NCBI GenBank assembly: GCA_026126105.1
Contig: JAHCJV010000005.1
Span: 46,418 to 110,417 of the forward strand
From: Enhydrobacter sp.
GTDB taxonomy: Bacteria; Pseudomonadota; Alphaproteobacteria; Reyranellales; Reyranellaceae
DNA: 64,000 nucleotides
Direction of reading: 5' to 3'
The translations under genes were made by a program, and so were the position numbers. Below the pieces are notes generated by a model that ran no database searches, was not told where the DNA came from, and saw only the letters and a list, made by a program, of their open reading frames with translations. Below, in pieces: positions 1 through 8,458 of this stretch. Position 1 is the first letter of the stretch; every line of letters starts with the position of its first letter.

Positions 1-2
1 GC

Positions 3-608
3 CTCGTGCCGCTCGACGCACAGGTGGGCGCGGCCGTACAGGCTGCGGCAGATACGCTGGGCCAGCTCGGGGCAAGGATCTCGAGCGTGACCTTGCCCGA
101 CTTCACTGCGCTCTACCGCTCCGCCGAAGTGATGGTGAAGTGCGAGGCTGCGGCCATGCACCGGCCGTGGATGGAGAAGACGCCCGAACTTTACGCCAAG
201 CAGGTACGCACGCGCATGGACGCGGGCTTCTTCATCCCGGCGACCCAGTACATCGACGCCCTTCGCCTGCGCGCGCATTTTGTGGCGGAATTTCTGGCGA
301 CGGCAATGGCCAGTGTCGACGCCGTCCTGCTGCCGGCCATTCCCTTCCCGATCCCGACGATCGAGGAAACTGACACCGAAGAGAAGGGCGGCCCGGCCGT
401 CCTGAAGATGGTCGCCGGCTTCACCGGCCTCACCCGTCCCTTCAACACGCTGGGCATCCCCGCGTTGTCAGTGCCCTGTGGCTTCGACACGAACGGCGCC
501 CCGATCGGCCTGCAGCTCGTCGGCCGCCCCTTCGACGAAGCGACGCTCTACCGCATCGGCCACGCCTACCAGGGCGCGACCAATTTTCATCAGAAAGTGC
601 CGGTGTAG
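3..608 (+). CDS. Amidase signature family protein, C-terminal part (5' truncated by window edge)
   Basis: C-terminal motifs PFNTLGIPALSVPCGF and PIGLQLVGRPFDEATLYRIGHAYQ are typical of amidases; frame is open to the window start. Confidence 0.85.
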   Translation, partial: LVPLDAQVGAAVQAAADTLGQLGARISSVTLPDFTALYRSAEVMVKCEAAAMHRPWMEKTPELYAKQVRTRMDAGFFIPATQYIDALRLRAHFVAEFLATAMASVDAVLLPAIPFPIPTIEETDTEEKGGPAVLKMVAGFTGLTRPFNTLGIPALSVPCGFDTNGAPIGLQLVGRPFDEATLYRIGHAYQGATNFHQKVPV

Positions 609-640
609 CGCCGAGCGCTCGAATCTCGGCGCTGGCGTAA

Positions 641-2119
641 TTAAACCGCCAAGTTCACCGTCACGCTCTTCCTCTGCGTGAAGCTGTCGAGCATGCCTTC
701 GAGCGAGAACTCACGGCCGAGGCCGCTCTGCTTGTAACCGCCGTACGACATGCCCGGGGTCTGGCCGCCGCCCTGGTTGACCTGCACCCAGCCCGATTCG
801 ATCGCATGCGCGGCGCGCAGGCCCTTGCCGATGTCGTGCGTCCAGACATAGGCGGCGAGGCCGTAATGGCTGTCGTTGGCCATGCGGATCGCCTCGGCCT
901 CGTCGCTCCAGCGGATCGCGACCAGCACCGGGCCGAAAATCTCCTCGCGCGCCAGCCGCCAGTCGTTGGAGCGGTCGGCAAAGACCGTCGGGATCGTGAA
1001 GTACCCCTCGCTCAGCGGACCGGTCTTGGGCGGCAGACCGCCGAACACCAACTTGGCGTCCGACCGGTCGAGCCCGTCCTGAACGTACTTGCAGACCTTG
1101 GTGTATTGCTTGTTGTTGATGATGGTGCCGATGTCGCTCGCCTCGTCCAGCGGATCGCCGATCTTCAGCGCCGTCGTCTTCTTCTCGAGCTTCTTCAGGA
1201 AGCTGTCGAAAATATCCTCGTGCAGGAACAGGCGCGATCCGGCGGTGCAGCTCTGGCTCTGACGGGTGAAGCGCATCGCGTTGATGATGCCGTCGACCGC
1301 CCAATCCTCGTCGGCGTCGGGATAGACAATCGACGGGCTCTTGCCGCCGAGCTCGAGCGACACCGGCACGATGCGCTCGGCCGCCGCGCGCATGATGATC
1401 TTGCCGACCTCGGTCGAGCCGGTGAAGGAGAGCTTTCGGATCTTCGGATGGTTGGCGATCGCGGCGCCGGCTTCGGGGCCGTAGCCCGTCAGCACGTTCA
1501 GCACGCCCGCCGGCAGGAACTCCTGGCAGATGTCGGCCATCATCAGCACGCCCATCGGCGCATCCTCGGCCGTCTTCATCACCATCACGTTGCCAGCGCA
1601 CAGGGCGGGCGCGATCTTGAGCGCGCCCAGCATGACAGGGGCGTTCCACGGGATGATCGCCCCGACGACGCCGATCGGCTCGCGGCGGGTGTAGGACAGC
1701 ACGTGCTCGCCGAGCGGCACGGTCTCGCCTTTGAGCTCCGAAGCGAGTCCGCCGAAGTAGCGGAAGATGTCGGCCGTCATGTTGGCCTCGCCGCGCGCCT
1801 GGGTGCGCAGCGCATTGCCGGTCTCGAGCGCGATGGTGCGCGCCAGCTCCTCGCTGCGCGCCTGGATCGCCTCGGCGATCTTGAGCAGCAGCTTGCCACG
1901 CTCGCGCGGCACGACCTTCTTCCAAGAGGCAAAGGCCCTTTCCGCTGCATCCACGGCGGCATCGACGTCGGCAGCGGCCGCGCGGGGCACGTCCACGATG
2001 GGCTTGCGCCTGGCCGGATTCTCGACCGTGAAATGCGCACCCGATGCGCTGCCGACCCACTTGCCGTCGATCAGCATACCCTTGGGCTGGTAGGTATTGG
2101 CGGGCTGTACAGCGGACAT
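641..2119 (-). CDS. Aldehyde dehydrogenase family protein
   Basis: PWNAP, FTGSTEVG, LELGGKSP, catalytic Cys in QSQSCTAG, EEIFGPV. Confidence 0.95.
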   Translation of the reverse strand: MSAVQPANTYQPKGMLIDGKWVGSASGAHFTVENPARRKPIVDVPRAAAADVDAAVDAAERAFASWKKVVPRERGKLLLKIAEAIQARSEELARTIALETGNALRTQARGEANMTADIFRYFGGLASELKGETVPLGEHVLSYTRREPIGVVGAIIPWNAPVMLGALKIAPALCAGNVMVMKTAEDAPMGVLMMADICQEFLPAGVLNVLTGYGPEAGAAIANHPKIRKLSFTGSTEVGKIIMRAAAERIVPVSLELGGKSPSIVYPDADEDWAVDGIINAMRFTRQSQSCTAGSRLFLHEDIFDSFLKKLEKKTTALKIGDPLDEASDIGTIINNKQYTKVCKYVQDGLDRSDAKLVFGGLPPKTGPLSEGYFTIPTVFADRSNDWRLAREEIFGPVLVAIRWSDEAEAIRMANDSHYGLAAYVWTHDIGKGLRAAHAIESGWVQVNQGGGQTPGMSYGGYKQSGLGREFSLEGMLDSFTQRKSVTVNLAV

Positions 2120-2244
2120 GACTCACCTCTGGTTTGGAAGGGCGCGGAGTGTCGCCTCAACACCATGACGCGACAAGACCTCTGCTGGGACGTTGGATAT
2201 GGTGATGAGGGAGAACCTTTCGAGCCGTCCGCCGGTTGATCCTT

Positions 2245-2608
2245 GGGAGCTGCCAGTGAGCGCGTATGACTACCGGGCCTCGGCATCCGGGCGCCGTTTT
2301 CCGTGGCGCAACCTATGCCTTCTTTGTCGCCGGCCTGCTCCTGGTCTTGCCTAGCACGTACCGCAAGCATCTCTACCGATCGACCAAGGCTCCTCATCGC
2401 ACGATGCTTCTGGGGTTGGCATTTTCAACACGGTGGCCTTCAACACGGTGGACGGGCCGTCGACCACCACCTGCTCGGGATTCATCACGTCAACGAAACC
2501 GTCGCGAGAGCAATGCCTGGTTTGGTACATCGGCTTCACGCTGTAGGGCATCCTGATGACCGTTGCGGGATGGCTGATCATGAGCGCGAGGAGGCACCAG
2601 ACTCCTAG
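2245..2608 (+). pseudogene. Decayed DUF2243-family membrane protein gene
   Basis: Motifs spread over different frames: LPVSA..GLG, ATYAFFVAGLLL, STK-LLI-TMLLG, FNTV, VDHHLLGIHHVNETV, EQCLVWYIGFTL*GILMTVAGWLIM. Shows frameshifts, a TAG where Trp is expected, and a 15-nt-period duplication. Family recognised from memory. Confidence 0.65.
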
Positions 2609-2857
2609 TCGAGGCGGTCTCGCCCTCCGATCACGATCTATGGTTCACTCGCCCTGGCTTTGCTCGCCGCATGGTTTCCGCTTTGTCGACTATGGCATTT
2701 TGGAGTCGATCCGACGCTTGACGACGTGCTGAGGTCCCACTGTTTTGGCTTGTGGTAGCTGCGTCGAGTCTCGAAGACGACAGAACGGGCGAGGCGCGCC
2801 CATCCTGTCGTCCTTCCGATCCGGTTGTCGCCCCGAGCACGAGCCCGGGCCGACAGC

Positions 2858-3409
2858 TCAGGCTGCCTGCGCGAGGGCGGGCATCAGCGCATCTTCGGCC
2901 GCCAAGGTGCGAGCGGCGGCGTGGACCGTTGCAGCGATGCGGACGCCTGCCTGAACCTGCTCGGCGGACAGGCCGTGGTCGCGGAGCACCTTCTCGTGCG
3001 CCTCGAGGCACATGCCGCAGCCATTAACGGCCGAGACCACCAGCGACCAGAGCTCGAAGTCGGCCTTGTCGACGCCCGGCTTGGCCATGGCCGTCATGCG
3101 CAGCTTGGCCGGCAACGTCTTGTAGTCGGCCGCGTGCACGAGATGCACGAAGCGGTAATAGATGTTGTTCATCGCCATCAGCGACGCGGCGATCTTCACC
3201 GCGTTGAGGGCCTCGGGCGAGAGATCGCCCGCGAAAGCATCGACCACGGCTTGCGTGGTTGGCGCGTGATTGGCAGCCAGCGCGGCCGCGATGAAGCTGC
3301 CGGCCTTCTGCTGCGGCGTCAGGAGCTGCTCGGACGCGAGGCTCGAGAGATTGAGCTTCACGTCGCGGGCATAGTCCGGCAACCGGTCCTTCAGGGTATC
3401 GATCGACAT
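2858..3409 (-). CDS. ahpD: Alkyl hydroperoxide reductase AhpD
   Basis: [37 protein letters not shown] (CxxC plus His); lies directly downstream of ahpC. Confidence 0.92.
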   Translation of the reverse strand: MSIDTLKDRLPDYARDVKLNLSSLASEQLLTPQQKAGSFIAAALAANHAPTTQAVVDAFAGDLSPEALNAVKIAASLMAMNNIYYRFVHLVHAADYKTLPAKLRMTAMAKPGVDKADFELWSLVVSAVNGCGMCLEAHEKVLRDHGLSAEQVQAGVRIAATVHAAARTLAAEDALMPALAQAA

Positions 3410-3419
3410 GATCGTGTCC

Positions 3420-3959
3420 TTACGCGGCCTTCAGGACCTCTTCGCCCTTCTGCCAGTTGCAGGGGCAAAGCTCGTCGGTCTGGAGCGCATCGAGCACGCG
3501 CAGCACTTCCTGCGGATTGCGGCCAACCGAGAGGTCGTTCACCGAAACGAAGCGGATGATGCCCTCGGGGTCGACGATGAAGGTCGCGCGCAGGCAGACG
3601 CCCTCGTTCTTGTCGAGGATTCCGAGCGCCGTCGACAGCTCGCGTTTGAGATCGGCCAGCATGGCGATGGGCAGGGTCTTCAGGTCGGCGTGGTTCTGCC
3701 GCCAAGCGAGATGGACGAACTCGCTGTCGGTCGACACGCCGTAAACCACGGCATCGCGCTCGACGAATTCCTTGTTGAGCTTGCCAAAGGCCGCGATCTC
3801 GGTCGGACAGACGAAGGTGAAATCCTTCGGCCAGAAGAACACGACCTTCCACTTGCCCTCGTCGGTCTTGTCGTTGACCTGCTTGAAGGCGGTCTTGGCA
3901 TCGGTGCTCACCACCGCCTTGAGGTCGAAGGAAGGAAACTTGTCGCCAATGGTCAGCAT
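3420..3959 (-). CDS. ahpC: Peroxiredoxin AhpC (AhpD-coupled type)
   Basis: [13 protein letters not shown] peroxidatic motif, [24 protein letters not shown]. Confidence 0.95.
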   Translation of the reverse strand: MLTIGDKFPSFDLKAVVSTDAKTAFKQVNDKTDEGKWKVVFFWPKDFTFVCPTEIAAFGKLNKEFVERDAVVYGVSTDSEFVHLAWRQNHADLKTLPIAMLADLKRELSTALGILDKNEGVCLRATFIVDPEGIIRFVSVNDLSVGRNPQEVLRVLDALQTDELCPCNWQKGEEVLKAA

Positions 3960-3980
3960 GAAACGCTCCGTTGAGACTCA

Positions 3981-3997
3981 ATTAGAACGCTTCTAAA
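3981..3997 (-). promoter_or_regulatory. Irr-binding iron control element (ICE)-like box upstream of ahpCD
   Basis: Minus strand reads TTTAGAA-GCG-TTCTAAT versus ICE consensus TTTAGAA-N3-TTCTAAA; overlaps a putative -10 (TAATTT, 3995-4000) paired with TTGCAA (4017-4022). Confidence 0.65.
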
Positions 3998-4052
3998 TTA
4001 ATCGAGCTGCACTGAATTGCAAGTCATTCGCAGAACTATTTCAATATAGATT

Positions 4053-4487
4053 TCATGTTGGCATTCGCTTGGACTTGCGCTTCTTCTTGACCGCCAGCTC
4101 GCCGTACTTCATCCCCTCCAGCTTGATGCCGTCGGGATCGAGGAAGAACACGGCGTAGTAGTCGTCGTAATACTCGTCGGCCGGATCGACGATCCGGACT
4201 TTCTCCTTCTCGAGGAACGTCTGCAGGGCATCGACGTCGCGCCGGCTGCGCAGCTGGAAGGCGTAATGGTGCAGCCCGACATCGCCGATCTTGTACGTCT
4301 TGCGGCCCTCGGCAGGCGCGATCCAGTAGCGGGTCCGGCCGTTGGTCCAACCGATCGTGTCGGGATATTCGTCCGAGATATCGAAGCCAAGGAATTCGAA
4401 AAGCTTCGAATAGAACGCTTTAGACTTCTCGTAGTCGCGCACCCTGATCGAGATGTGGTCAATTCCGACGACTTTCGAAACGGGCAT
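4053..4487 (-). CDS. VOC/glyoxalase family protein
   Basis: GIDHISIRVRDYEKSKAFY, GLHHYAF, YYAVFFLDPDGIKLE; RBS GAGGAG before ATG 4487. Confidence 0.9.
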   Translation of the reverse strand: MPVSKVVGIDHISIRVRDYEKSKAFYSKLFEFLGFDISDEYPDTIGWTNGRTRYWIAPAEGRKTYKIGDVGLHHYAFQLRSRRDVDALQTFLEKEKVRIVDPADEYYDDYYAVFFLDPDGIKLEGMKYGELAVKKKRKSKRMPT

Positions 4488-4545
4488 GGTTTGCTCCTCG
4501 TGCTGCTGGTTGGACAACCGGCTCCGACTCCCTAAGTTGCGCCCA

Positions 4546-5538
4546 ATGCGCCTTTCCGTTCTCGACCAATCCGTCGCCGTCGCCGGCCGTCCTCACGATC
4601 AGTCGATCCGCAACACCGTGGCCTTGGCCAGGCACTGCGAGACGCTCGGGTACGAGCGGTTCTGGGTGTCCGAGCACCACAACCACCCCACCATCGTCGG
4701 CACGGCGCCGGAGATTGTCATGGCTGCGATCGCCGCTACGACCGAGAGAATTCGTATCGGCAGTGCCGGGATCATGCTGCCGCACTATGCGCCCTTCAAG
4801 GTGGCCGAAGTCTTCCGCGTGCTCGACGCCTTGGCCCCCGGCCGCATCGACATGGGGCTCGGCCGCGCGCCCGGATCGGACGGCCGCACGGCATTCGCGC
4901 TGAACCCGGCCGCGAACGAACGGCCCGAGCACTTCCCGTCCGATGTCCGCGACCTGATCGCCTGGGTGCACAACGAGCCGCTGGTAAACGGGCATCCTTT
5001 CGCGGCGGTTCAAGCCTTCCCGCAAGGTGCCACCGCGCCCGAGGTCTGGATACTCGGCAGCTCGGACTACGGCGCCCAGGTCGCCGCCCTGTTCGGCCTG
5101 CCCTACTGTTACGCCTGGTTCTTCAGCGATGGCGCCGGCGGCGAGCGCGCGATCGATCTCTACAAGAGAACCTACCGGCCGAGCGCACGGCATCCCGAGC
5201 CGCACTCCGGCCTCTGCGTCTGGGCGCTCGCGGCGCCGACAATGGAAGAGGCGCAATACCATCTCACCTCGCGCGTGCTCTCGCGCATAAATCGCGACCG
5301 CGGCCTGCTCGGACCGCTGGTGTCGCCCGACGAGGCAGCGAAGATGCTGGCGCCGCACGACCAGACGCGCATCGACAGGATCCGCCGGGATACATTCGTC
5401 GGCACTGGCGCCGAGGTGATGGCCCGCATCGTCGAATTGAAGGAGCGGGTGGGCGTCGACGAGATGGCGGTCGTCACCTGGACCTACGACGAAGCCGTTC
5501 GCCGCCAGAGTTATGCCGAGCTGGCAAAAGCGTTCTAA
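4546..5538 (+). CDS. LLM-class (luciferase-like) flavin-dependent oxidoreductase
   Basis: MRLSVLDQS, RFWVSEHH, RIRIGSAGIMLPHYAPFKVAE, GRIDMGLGRAPG. Confidence 0.9.
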   Translation: MRLSVLDQSVAVAGRPHDQSIRNTVALARHCETLGYERFWVSEHHNHPTIVGTAPEIVMAAIAATTERIRIGSAGIMLPHYAPFKVAEVFRVLDALAPGRIDMGLGRAPGSDGRTAFALNPAANERPEHFPSDVRDLIAWVHNEPLVNGHPFAAVQAFPQGATAPEVWILGSSDYGAQVAALFGLPYCYAWFFSDGAGGERAIDLYKRTYRPSARHPEPHSGLCVWALAAPTMEEAQYHLTSRVLSRINRDRGLLGPLVSPDEAAKMLAPHDQTRIDRIRRDTFVGTGAEVMARIVELKERVGVDEMAVVTWTYDEAVRRQSYAELAKAF

Positions 5539-5549
5539 CGGCGGGAACA

Positions 5550-6797
5550 ATGACACAGACGCTCTTCACCAACGCAAACCTCGTGCTCGACGGTTTCGCC
5601 GATCTGCAGCCGGCCTTAACCGTTCTGGTAAAGGACAATCGCATCGTCGCGGTGTCCGCGAGTCCGATCAGCGCGCCGGAAGCGACCGTCATCGATGTTG
5701 GCGGAAGGACGCTGATGCCCGGGCTGATCGACGCCCACGCGCACATCACCGGGCTGTCACTGACGCCGAAGAACATCGCCTACCCCGCCGCGGAAATCGC
5801 CATTGCCTCGGCGAACTACCTGCGCAACTGCCTGATGGACGGCTACACGACCATCCGCGAGGCAGGCGGGGCAGACCACGCCACCGCCCGGCTACTGGCG
5901 GAAGACCACATCATCGGGCCGCGCCTGTACTACTCGGGCAAGGCACTGACCCAGACCGGCGGCGGTGCCGATTTCCGCACGCCCGACGAGGCGATCGACC
6001 CGTGCGGTCACGTGGGACCGTTCTCGAACATGTCAGTGATCGCCGACGGCACCGCCGAGGTGCGCAAGGCTGCGCGCGAAGAGCTGCGAAAAGGGGCCAC
6101 GCAGATCAAGCTGTTCGCGTCGGGCGGTGTGGTGTTCCCCGCAGAGGGCCATGCGACGCGCTACGAGTTTTCCGTGGAAGAGCTAGAGGCCGTCGTCGAA
6201 GAGGCGACGGCGCGCGATACCTATGTCATGGCGCATGTCTATACCGACGAGGGCGTGAGGCGGTGCCTGCGTGCGGGCGTGCGCTCCATCGAGCATGCCA
6301 ATTTCGTCACTGAAGATACGGTCATGATGATGGCCGACTATCACGCGTTCTACGTCCCGACCTTCATCTCGCTCGTGCAGCGGGTCGAGAGCGCCGCCGA
6401 AACCCATCTGCCAGCCTCCATCGTCGACAACCTGCAGCGCACGATCGCGCGGGGCCGCCAAGTCTATGGCTGGGCGCGCAAGCACAAGGTCCCGATAGGG
6501 TTCGGCACCGACCTTTGGGGTCCCGAGGCCCAGAAAGCCCAGCTCCGCGAATTCGAGATGCGCCGCGATCTCGATTCGCCCGTTAACATCCTGCGCTCGG
6601 CGACCGTCACCAACGCCGAGCTGCTCATGGAAAACGGCACGCTCGGCGTCATCAGCGAGGGCGCCTGTGCCGACCTCCTGATCGTCGAAGGCAACCCCCT
6701 CGCCGATCTGTCCGTCCTGATGAACCCGGACAAGAATCTCAAATTCATCATGAAGGATGGCAGGGTCTACAAGAACGAGCTGGCGGCCGGCTCCTGA
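5550..6797 (+). CDS. Metal-dependent amidohydrolase (prolidase-like subgroup)
   Basis: TLMPGLIDAHAH, QIKLFASGGV, VMAHVY, SIEHANF, GFGTD. Confidence 0.9.
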   Translation: MTQTLFTNANLVLDGFADLQPALTVLVKDNRIVAVSASPISAPEATVIDVGGRTLMPGLIDAHAHITGLSLTPKNIAYPAAEIAIASANYLRNCLMDGYTTIREAGGADHATARLLAEDHIIGPRLYYSGKALTQTGGGADFRTPDEAIDPCGHVGPFSNMSVIADGTAEVRKAAREELRKGATQIKLFASGGVVFPAEGHATRYEFSVEELEAVVEEATARDTYVMAHVYTDEGVRRCLRAGVRSIEHANFVTEDTVMMMADYHAFYVPTFISLVQRVESAAETHLPASIVDNLQRTIARGRQVYGWARKHKVPIGFGTDLWGPEAQKAQLREFEMRRDLDSPVNILRSATVTNAELLMENGTLGVISEGACADLLIVEGNPLADLSVLMNPDKNLKFIMKDGRVYKNELAAGS

Positions 6798-6837
6798 CGC
6801 AGCTCCGTCCAGCTTTCGGATAGCGTCAGCCCGCAGG
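6798..6837. repeat. Left direct repeat: degenerate copy of the 3' end of the 7801-8382 gene
   Basis: GCTCCGTCCAGCTTTCGGA (6802-6820) is identical to 7809-7827; 33 of 40 nt match over 6798-6837 vs 7805-7844. Confidence 0.85.
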
Positions 6838-6878
6838 AGAGAATAGCTTATCCTCACATCTCGGCCGTCGTATCTGGG

Positions 6879-7787
6879 CTAGCCCAGAAAAGCCGCGCGG
6901 TGCCGCTCGATGTACTGGGGGCGCGGCCAAAGGGCCTTATTCTTTGGCAAGCGAATTCGCTGCAGTTGTCGCTCAAACAACGACCGTAATTCGCCCGGCA
7001 CACGATTGTGCGAGACGAGCAAGCCGTAGTCGTCGGCGAGAGAGATCAGATGGCGGTCGAACAGCCAATGAACGGTCGCGGAGAGTGCCAGTCCGTTCTG
7101 CACGACATCGGGACCGCCAGCCGCAACGGACCAGATATGGGCGGCCTGCGCCTCCGCCTTGCCGCCGCCATTGACCATCCGCAAGCCCGTTACCGCGCAC
7201 GTGTTGTCGTAAGCCCGACAAACCTGATGCCGGAAGCTGGCATCGCGAATCTTTCGGTTCATCAGGATTTGCACGACGCGCCGCTCTTGCTCCTCTTCAG
7301 AGGCGTTCAGCAGCGTCAAGGTCTCCGAATCCGCGTGGGCTGGATCCAGTTCCAACCGTACCGCATTCGCAGGATCGAGCGTCTCCGCCAGACCCTGACG
7401 AACGATGTCGCCGAACTCGATCTCGGAGATCGTCCGAACCGAATGTCCCTGCAGGGCGCGGCCGATCAAAGATCGTTTGGCGACGAAGTCGAGCCGACGC
7501 TCGTAGAAGCCGCTCGATCGTTCCAGAGGAACGATCTCATCGAACGGCAGAAAGTCCTCCATCCAAGCGTAGGAATGCCCTGGAAGCTTGGGATCAGGAT
7601 CGATGCCCGCGACGCGGGCAGCGGCAAAATAGCCAACCCGCCCTCCACCCCGGCGGGGTGCCCGGTAAACAATCCAGTCTTCGGCCGCCTTTCGGGCCTC
7701 GGCCAAGTAACGATCCGGAAAATGGTATCGGGTCTGGATTTCATCGTCGTATCCAGACCCGGGTCTTGAATCGAAGACAGCCTTCAT
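6879..7787 (-). CDS. HNH endonuclease with N-terminal putative PUA/EVE-like domain (predicted restriction nuclease)
   Basis: RDASFRHQVCRAYDNTCAVTG, AQAAHIWSVAAGGPDVVQNGLALSATVHWLFDRHLI (HNH_2/COG3440-like). Confidence 0.88.
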   Translation of the reverse strand: MKAVFDSRPGSGYDDEIQTRYHFPDRYLAEARKAAEDWIVYRAPRRGGGRVGYFAAARVAGIDPDPKLPGHSYAWMEDFLPFDEIVPLERSSGFYERRLDFVAKRSLIGRALQGHSVRTISEIEFGDIVRQGLAETLDPANAVRLELDPAHADSETLTLLNASEEEQERRVVQILMNRKIRDASFRHQVCRAYDNTCAVTGLRMVNGGGKAEAQAAHIWSVAAGGPDVVQNGLALSATVHWLFDRHLISLADDYGLLVSHNRVPGELRSLFERQLQRIRLPKNKALWPRPQYIERHRAAFLG

Positions 7788-7800
7788 TGCCGCGGCGGGG

Positions 7801-8382
7801 TCAGCGCGGCTCCGTCCAGCTTTCGGAGAAGGCGAGCGCGCAGGTGCTGAAAGGTTGGCCCTCGCGCTCGCGCGGCCACGGCTGGCCCTTTGCTTCCTTG
7901 CCGTCGACTGTCAGCCTTGCGCCGAGCGCGGGGATCAGGAGCGTGCAGACACCGTAGGGCCGCGGATTGGGCGCCTGGTTGGGCTGCGTGTGGATCAGCA
8001 GCGGCTCGCCAATGTCGTACCAGGTGAGCGCAATCTCCGCATCCGTGGCCGAAACATGTTCGGTCCAGAAATAGCGCGGGTCGCCGGACTTCTCGAACGC
8101 CGCGTCGACCACAGGGATCGTCAGATCCTTCAGCTCCGGATTGAGCATGCCCTGCACGGTCTTCTGCAACCAGCGGGCCATGGCGATGTTGTCGGAATAA
8201 ATACGCCATTTGCCCTCGGTCAGCTCGCTCTTCATGTAGAGCACGTGACCAGGTCCCGAGGGGCAATGGATGATTCGCCAGTAGCTCGCGTCGGTCGAAT
8301 TCGGGTCTCCGTCCTTGCTGCTGAGGCGGATGAAGGGATTCTCCCCTGTGAGAATTGTGCGATTTGGGTCGGCAACGCTCAT
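7801..8382 (-). CDS. Conserved hypothetical protein (193 aa)
   Basis: RBS CAGGAGA before ATG 8382; typical codon usage; no motif recognised. Confidence 0.8.
   Translation of the reverse strand: MSVADPNRTILTGENPFIRLSSKDGDPNSTDASYWRIIHCPSGPGHVLYMKSELTEGKWRIYSDNIAMARWLQKTVQGMLNPELKDLTIPVVDAAFEKSGDPRYFWTEHVSATDAEIALTWYDIGEPLLIHTQPNQAPNPRPYGVCTLLIPALGARLTVDGKEAKGQPWPREREGQPFSTCALAFSESWTEPR
7805..7844. repeat. Right direct repeat (functional 3' end of the 7801-8382 gene)
   Basis: Matches 6798-6837 at an offset of 1007 nt. Confidence 0.85.
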
Positions 8383-8399
8383 CTCGTGTCTCCTGTTCT

Positions 8400-8425
8400 G
8401 GAACTCGCCCCCTGATCGTCGCGTT
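8400..8425 (+). promoter_or_regulatory. EcfG/SigT-type general stress response promoter
   Basis: GGAAC-N17-CGTT, 33 nt upstream of ATG 8459. Confidence 0.65.
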
Positions 8426-8458
8426 TTACCGGCTGCAAGAAATTCAGGGAGCCGCCGC

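Noticed and set aside
2213-2238. AGAAC-N17-GGTT as an EcfG promoter before the DUF2243 remnant
   Set aside because: Both boxes mismatch, so it cannot be told apart from chance
4036-4049. CTAT-N6-ATAG as an OxyR site for ahpC
   Set aside because: Spacing is N6 rather than N7 and the four-part array is missing; too weak to call
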